Source of the DNA: the human T2T-CHM13v2.0 reference genome, Homo sapiens
Strand: one strand, 5' to 3'
DNA length: 64,000 nt
Assembly: GCF_009914755.1 (NCBI RefSeq)
Contig: NC_060945.1
Positions 60,601 through 64,000 of the stretch are shown piece after piece (positions within the stretch are counted from its first letter, which is position 1; every line of letters starts with the position of its first letter). The position numbers and the translations under genes were made by a program. Below the pieces are notes generated by a model. It saw only the letters and a list, made by a program, of their open reading frames with translations. It ran no database searches and was not told the origin of the DNA.

Positions 60601-61841
60601 GAGGGAAACAAGGATGGTAGAGGAACCAGGGACCATAATATGGGACAAATGTGATAGAATTCTGAAGATTCTGCAATGACTGCTGTGGGCAGGAGGATGA
60701 AATCTATTATATCACCCTAGGACCCTCCCTTCCTTTAAGAATGAAGTTAAAGAGAGGCAGATGCCACCACCATGTAAGGCAGAACATTCTAACAATTAGA
60801 ACTGCCCAACATTGAACATACTGAAATGTTTTCAAGGAGAATGGTGTATTGGAGATGCCAAGAACCTTGAAGGTTGACTCAGCAATATCTAGTCTCTTAC
60901 TCATTCCAATTAAGAGTCATGAAATCACAAGAAGAATGCATGTTTCTCTGCCTTAGAGGAGATACACTGATTCAATAACTTCATCTCCTTGGAGGCTCCT
61001 TGCCTGACTGATGTGGACAAGGTCCTCTAATTAATCACACATTAGCTCTGATTCCTAAAATAGCTCATACAATTATTGAGGCAATTTCAAGTGAGCATGC
61101 TTTGCAAAATAAGTTACTTTTGCCCCTATACTAGTCCTAATTAGCTACTTGTATCATAAAACTAGAAAAGTCTAGCCTGAATCCAAGACAAATGCATACA
61201 AATGATGAATATGAAACACTTTTTGAGAGGACTTAAAATGTGAAGAAAGCAATATATGTGACTATTATCACCATTTAATGGTACTTTGTGCGAGTCCTGG
61301 GCTTGGAGCCAGCACCACGGATATGATGATCACTTGCTATTTTTTCTACTATTTCAGAGTCTCTGCTTTTCTATGCTGGGTAAGATCCATGTGATTGGCA
61401 GGTCAGACGATGCATAAAGTGATTTGAGGCAATTACAGCGACAGTTAAAGATTAATATGGGAAAATACTCTCATCTATTTTTTTCTTCCTGTATCTGAGA
61501 AACTTTCTCTAAAATCATTACCTTCCTGACCTATACAAAAGAGGCCCCAGGTATGGCAAACTGTGCCAGGCACTGGGAGGGTGCAGACATGCATGCAGGT
61601 GCTGGAGGGGCAAAAGGCCAGGTAGTTGCTGCACTCGTAAATAACCCACTGGAGAGGCACTTACAGGGAGGCAGGCTGGAGACAAGTGCCAGGGGAGGTA
61701 TGAACCAGGAGCTTGGAAAGAACAGAGGAGCCTGCTGGATACTGACTGATGGGACTGAGGAGGTTGCTGCCTGCAGTTTCTTTTGCGGTTTCAATTCCCT
61801 ACTCCCAGTCTACTTTTTGGTGAGACCTCACATTGGAGAAG

Positions 61842-62061
61842 CGGAATTACTCCACTGGGGGTAATTTTGCCCTCCCTAGGGAAAATTAGCAATGTTTGGA
61901 GATACTGTTGATTGTCATGAGGGAGGGTTTGGGGAGTGCTATGCCATCTAATGAGTAGAGGCCAGGGATGTGGCCAAACATCCCACTGTGTGTGGGACAG
62001 TCCCTCCCATTGAAGAACCATCCAACCCAAAATGTCAATAGGCCGCTGCTGAGAAACCTTG
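61842..62061 (+). mobile_element. MER20 (hAT-Charlie non-autonomous DNA transposon)
   Basis: gggggtaattttgccc...gtagaggccagggatg...cccaaaatgtcaatag...tgagaaacc. Confidence 0.88.
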
Positions 62062-62067
62062 CCTCTG

Positions 62068-62874
62068 AGCATGGCACCCATAGACTGTGGGTCCTGCTCT
62101 CCCTCTGGCCCATGAGTGACTTATCAGAGAGGTGAGTTTGGGAAGAGAAAGTGACACGCCTCCTTTTCTTCTCCCCTCTAGCCTCCTTGACCTCAGGGGC
62201 CATGCCCACTGCTCTGCTCTGCTCCACTCTCCCCATGTTAAGTTGCAGCAAGACCCTGCTTGTGGTTGGGGGAAGGGCTCCAGGGGCCTGGCTTGGTTTG
62301 GTTCTGGGGTTTAGGATTAGCAAGGCCATTGCTGCCACCCGTCAGCACCACATTGTCAAGCTCAGACTTTGTCATAAACAGATGATATTTGATCTCCACC
62401 TGACCCCTCTCTATATCTTTCTGTTAATTGATTCCAAATATAGGCAGGGAGCTGGGGTGTCTTGGCATCCGTAAACCCCGACATCACTTACTGTTGAATC
62501 TTAAACAGATGATGGGCCCTAACTTAATTATACAAATGTCAGTCCTTAATAAATGATAAGCAGAGTAAGCCCTGTGAGGATTAACTTAGATGTGCATTAG
62601 ATGCGATGTGGGGTCATCTAGAAATCGGAGTCACCCCAAGAAACGCTAAATGTTGTCAAAAGATGACACTGAGAGTCTCCAATCCAAGGAAATTTTCACC
62701 TGAAGCTTTCCACTTTAACAGCATCTACAGAGATCAAGCTACGGGGCTACAAGAGGAGAGCAGGAGGAAGATAAGAAAAGGGGCACGCTGCTTCCTCTTC
62801 CCAAACCCATCTCTCAGATAAGTCACTCATGGGCCAGAGGGAGAGAAGGACCCACAGCACATGGGTGCCATGCT
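62068..62874. repeat. Long inverted repeat (arms ~62068-62170 and ~62772-62874)
   Basis: First 84 bp of the arms are 90% reverse-complementary, including a perfect 29-bp core. Confidence 0.93.
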
Positions 62875-64000
62875 TGGATGCAGGGAGCCTTGAAAAATAC
62901 TTTTAAAAATATTCAAGAGCCACCTTGAGAAAGGCCTCTTTAAGAGACAAAGGGGCCAGAGCTTAGAGTCAAGCCATGCATACACAAAGGACAGAAAGGT
63001 CTTCCATCCAACCTGTGTAAATCACTGCACTTTCTTCTATCAGGGTGAGCCTCAATCTGCTTCTTCGAATGTAAATCCAATTGTCGGAGAGGTCTACAGA
63101 TAATGTTTACCAAGCAGCCTCTTAGGAAAAATTCAACTGGGACCTCCATCCCACCATTCCAGCCAGAGTTTCAATATGGCTCGTTCACACTTGATTTCCA
63201 CACCCTTCTTTTCAGTTAATACCCTTTTTTCCTTCTAATGTTGTATGAAAATGTAGACTCTGAGGGTTGTTTTCCTGCTTGTTTAATACGTGCAGTCTCT
63301 ACCGTCCCTCAGCTTTGTCAGTCCACCTTCTTGGGTTCTGAATGTTCTCATGTATTTATGTAGACAAACGTGAATGTGCTTTTGGAAGAGAAGAGAGTAG
63401 ACAAAGTAAGAAGAGAATCTTGGATTTTGACTTGTTATTGTCACAAAACAGAAATGCTGGTTGGTTCAATATTTAAACTGGTCAACTATTCACAAATGAA
63501 TTTTTAAAAAATTGCTAAAGCATTGAGAGATAAATTAGCAAAGGAATTCATTACTCTCTGTTCTCTTTGCCTGTACATATATGTTATTTGCATGTATCAC
63601 ACTGAGGGTACTGATCCACGTGTTTTTCTCCTCCAGTTGATTTAAAGTTCCAAATGGGTAAGTACTGCATCCTATTATGCTTGCATTTCTAACACCTAGT
63701 ACGGCACTGATACAAGCTAGATGACTATTTGTGTTTACTGAATTAAATTCCATTCAAAAGATACATGAGCAGGCAAGTAGCAAGGAGGAAATACAACTAG
63801 TTAAGGAACGTATACAATTTACAGCAATTAAGGAACTGTTACAAACTGCCACAGTGTTTAAAACACACTTGCTTTCATCTGAAATGAGTGTGTGCATGTT
63901 TTAGAAAGCAAGTTGGCTATAGGTGTCAAGATCCCAAAAAAAGGCTGCAAACTCTTGCCCAGTATTTCCACTTTTGGGGGCCTATTTTGTAATACAAATA

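Overview
Human genomic DNA: Alu/L1/MaLR-rich, with a human-specific AluYb8. It lies inside the DSCAM gene (chr21q22, transcribed on the minus strand of this window). Only two coding exons are present. Exon 2 (37241-36924, 318 nt) encodes Ig domain 1, and exon 3 (21426-21280, 147 nt) encodes the N-terminal half of Ig2. Both have canonical AG/GT boundaries and splice in frame. The rest is intron 1 (partial), intron 2 (15.5 kb, with a dense nest of transposons) and intron 3 (partial). Almost all listed ORFs are repeat-derived or spurious. The structure not explained by annotation is: (i) a non-Alu ~100-bp-arm inverted repeat / degenerate ~800-bp foldback at 62068-62874; (ii) three short locally templated insertions copied from 0.66-1.8 kb away into older repeats, one inverted with a 10-bp flanking duplication, plus a 181-bp tandem duplication; (iii) phase-symmetric exons 2-3 that would form a stop-free circular ORF if back-spliced; (iv) a young, possibly polymorphic AluYb8. 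I see no evidence of a new protein-coding system. Repeat subfamily names come from recalled consensus sequences, and their boundaries are approximate.
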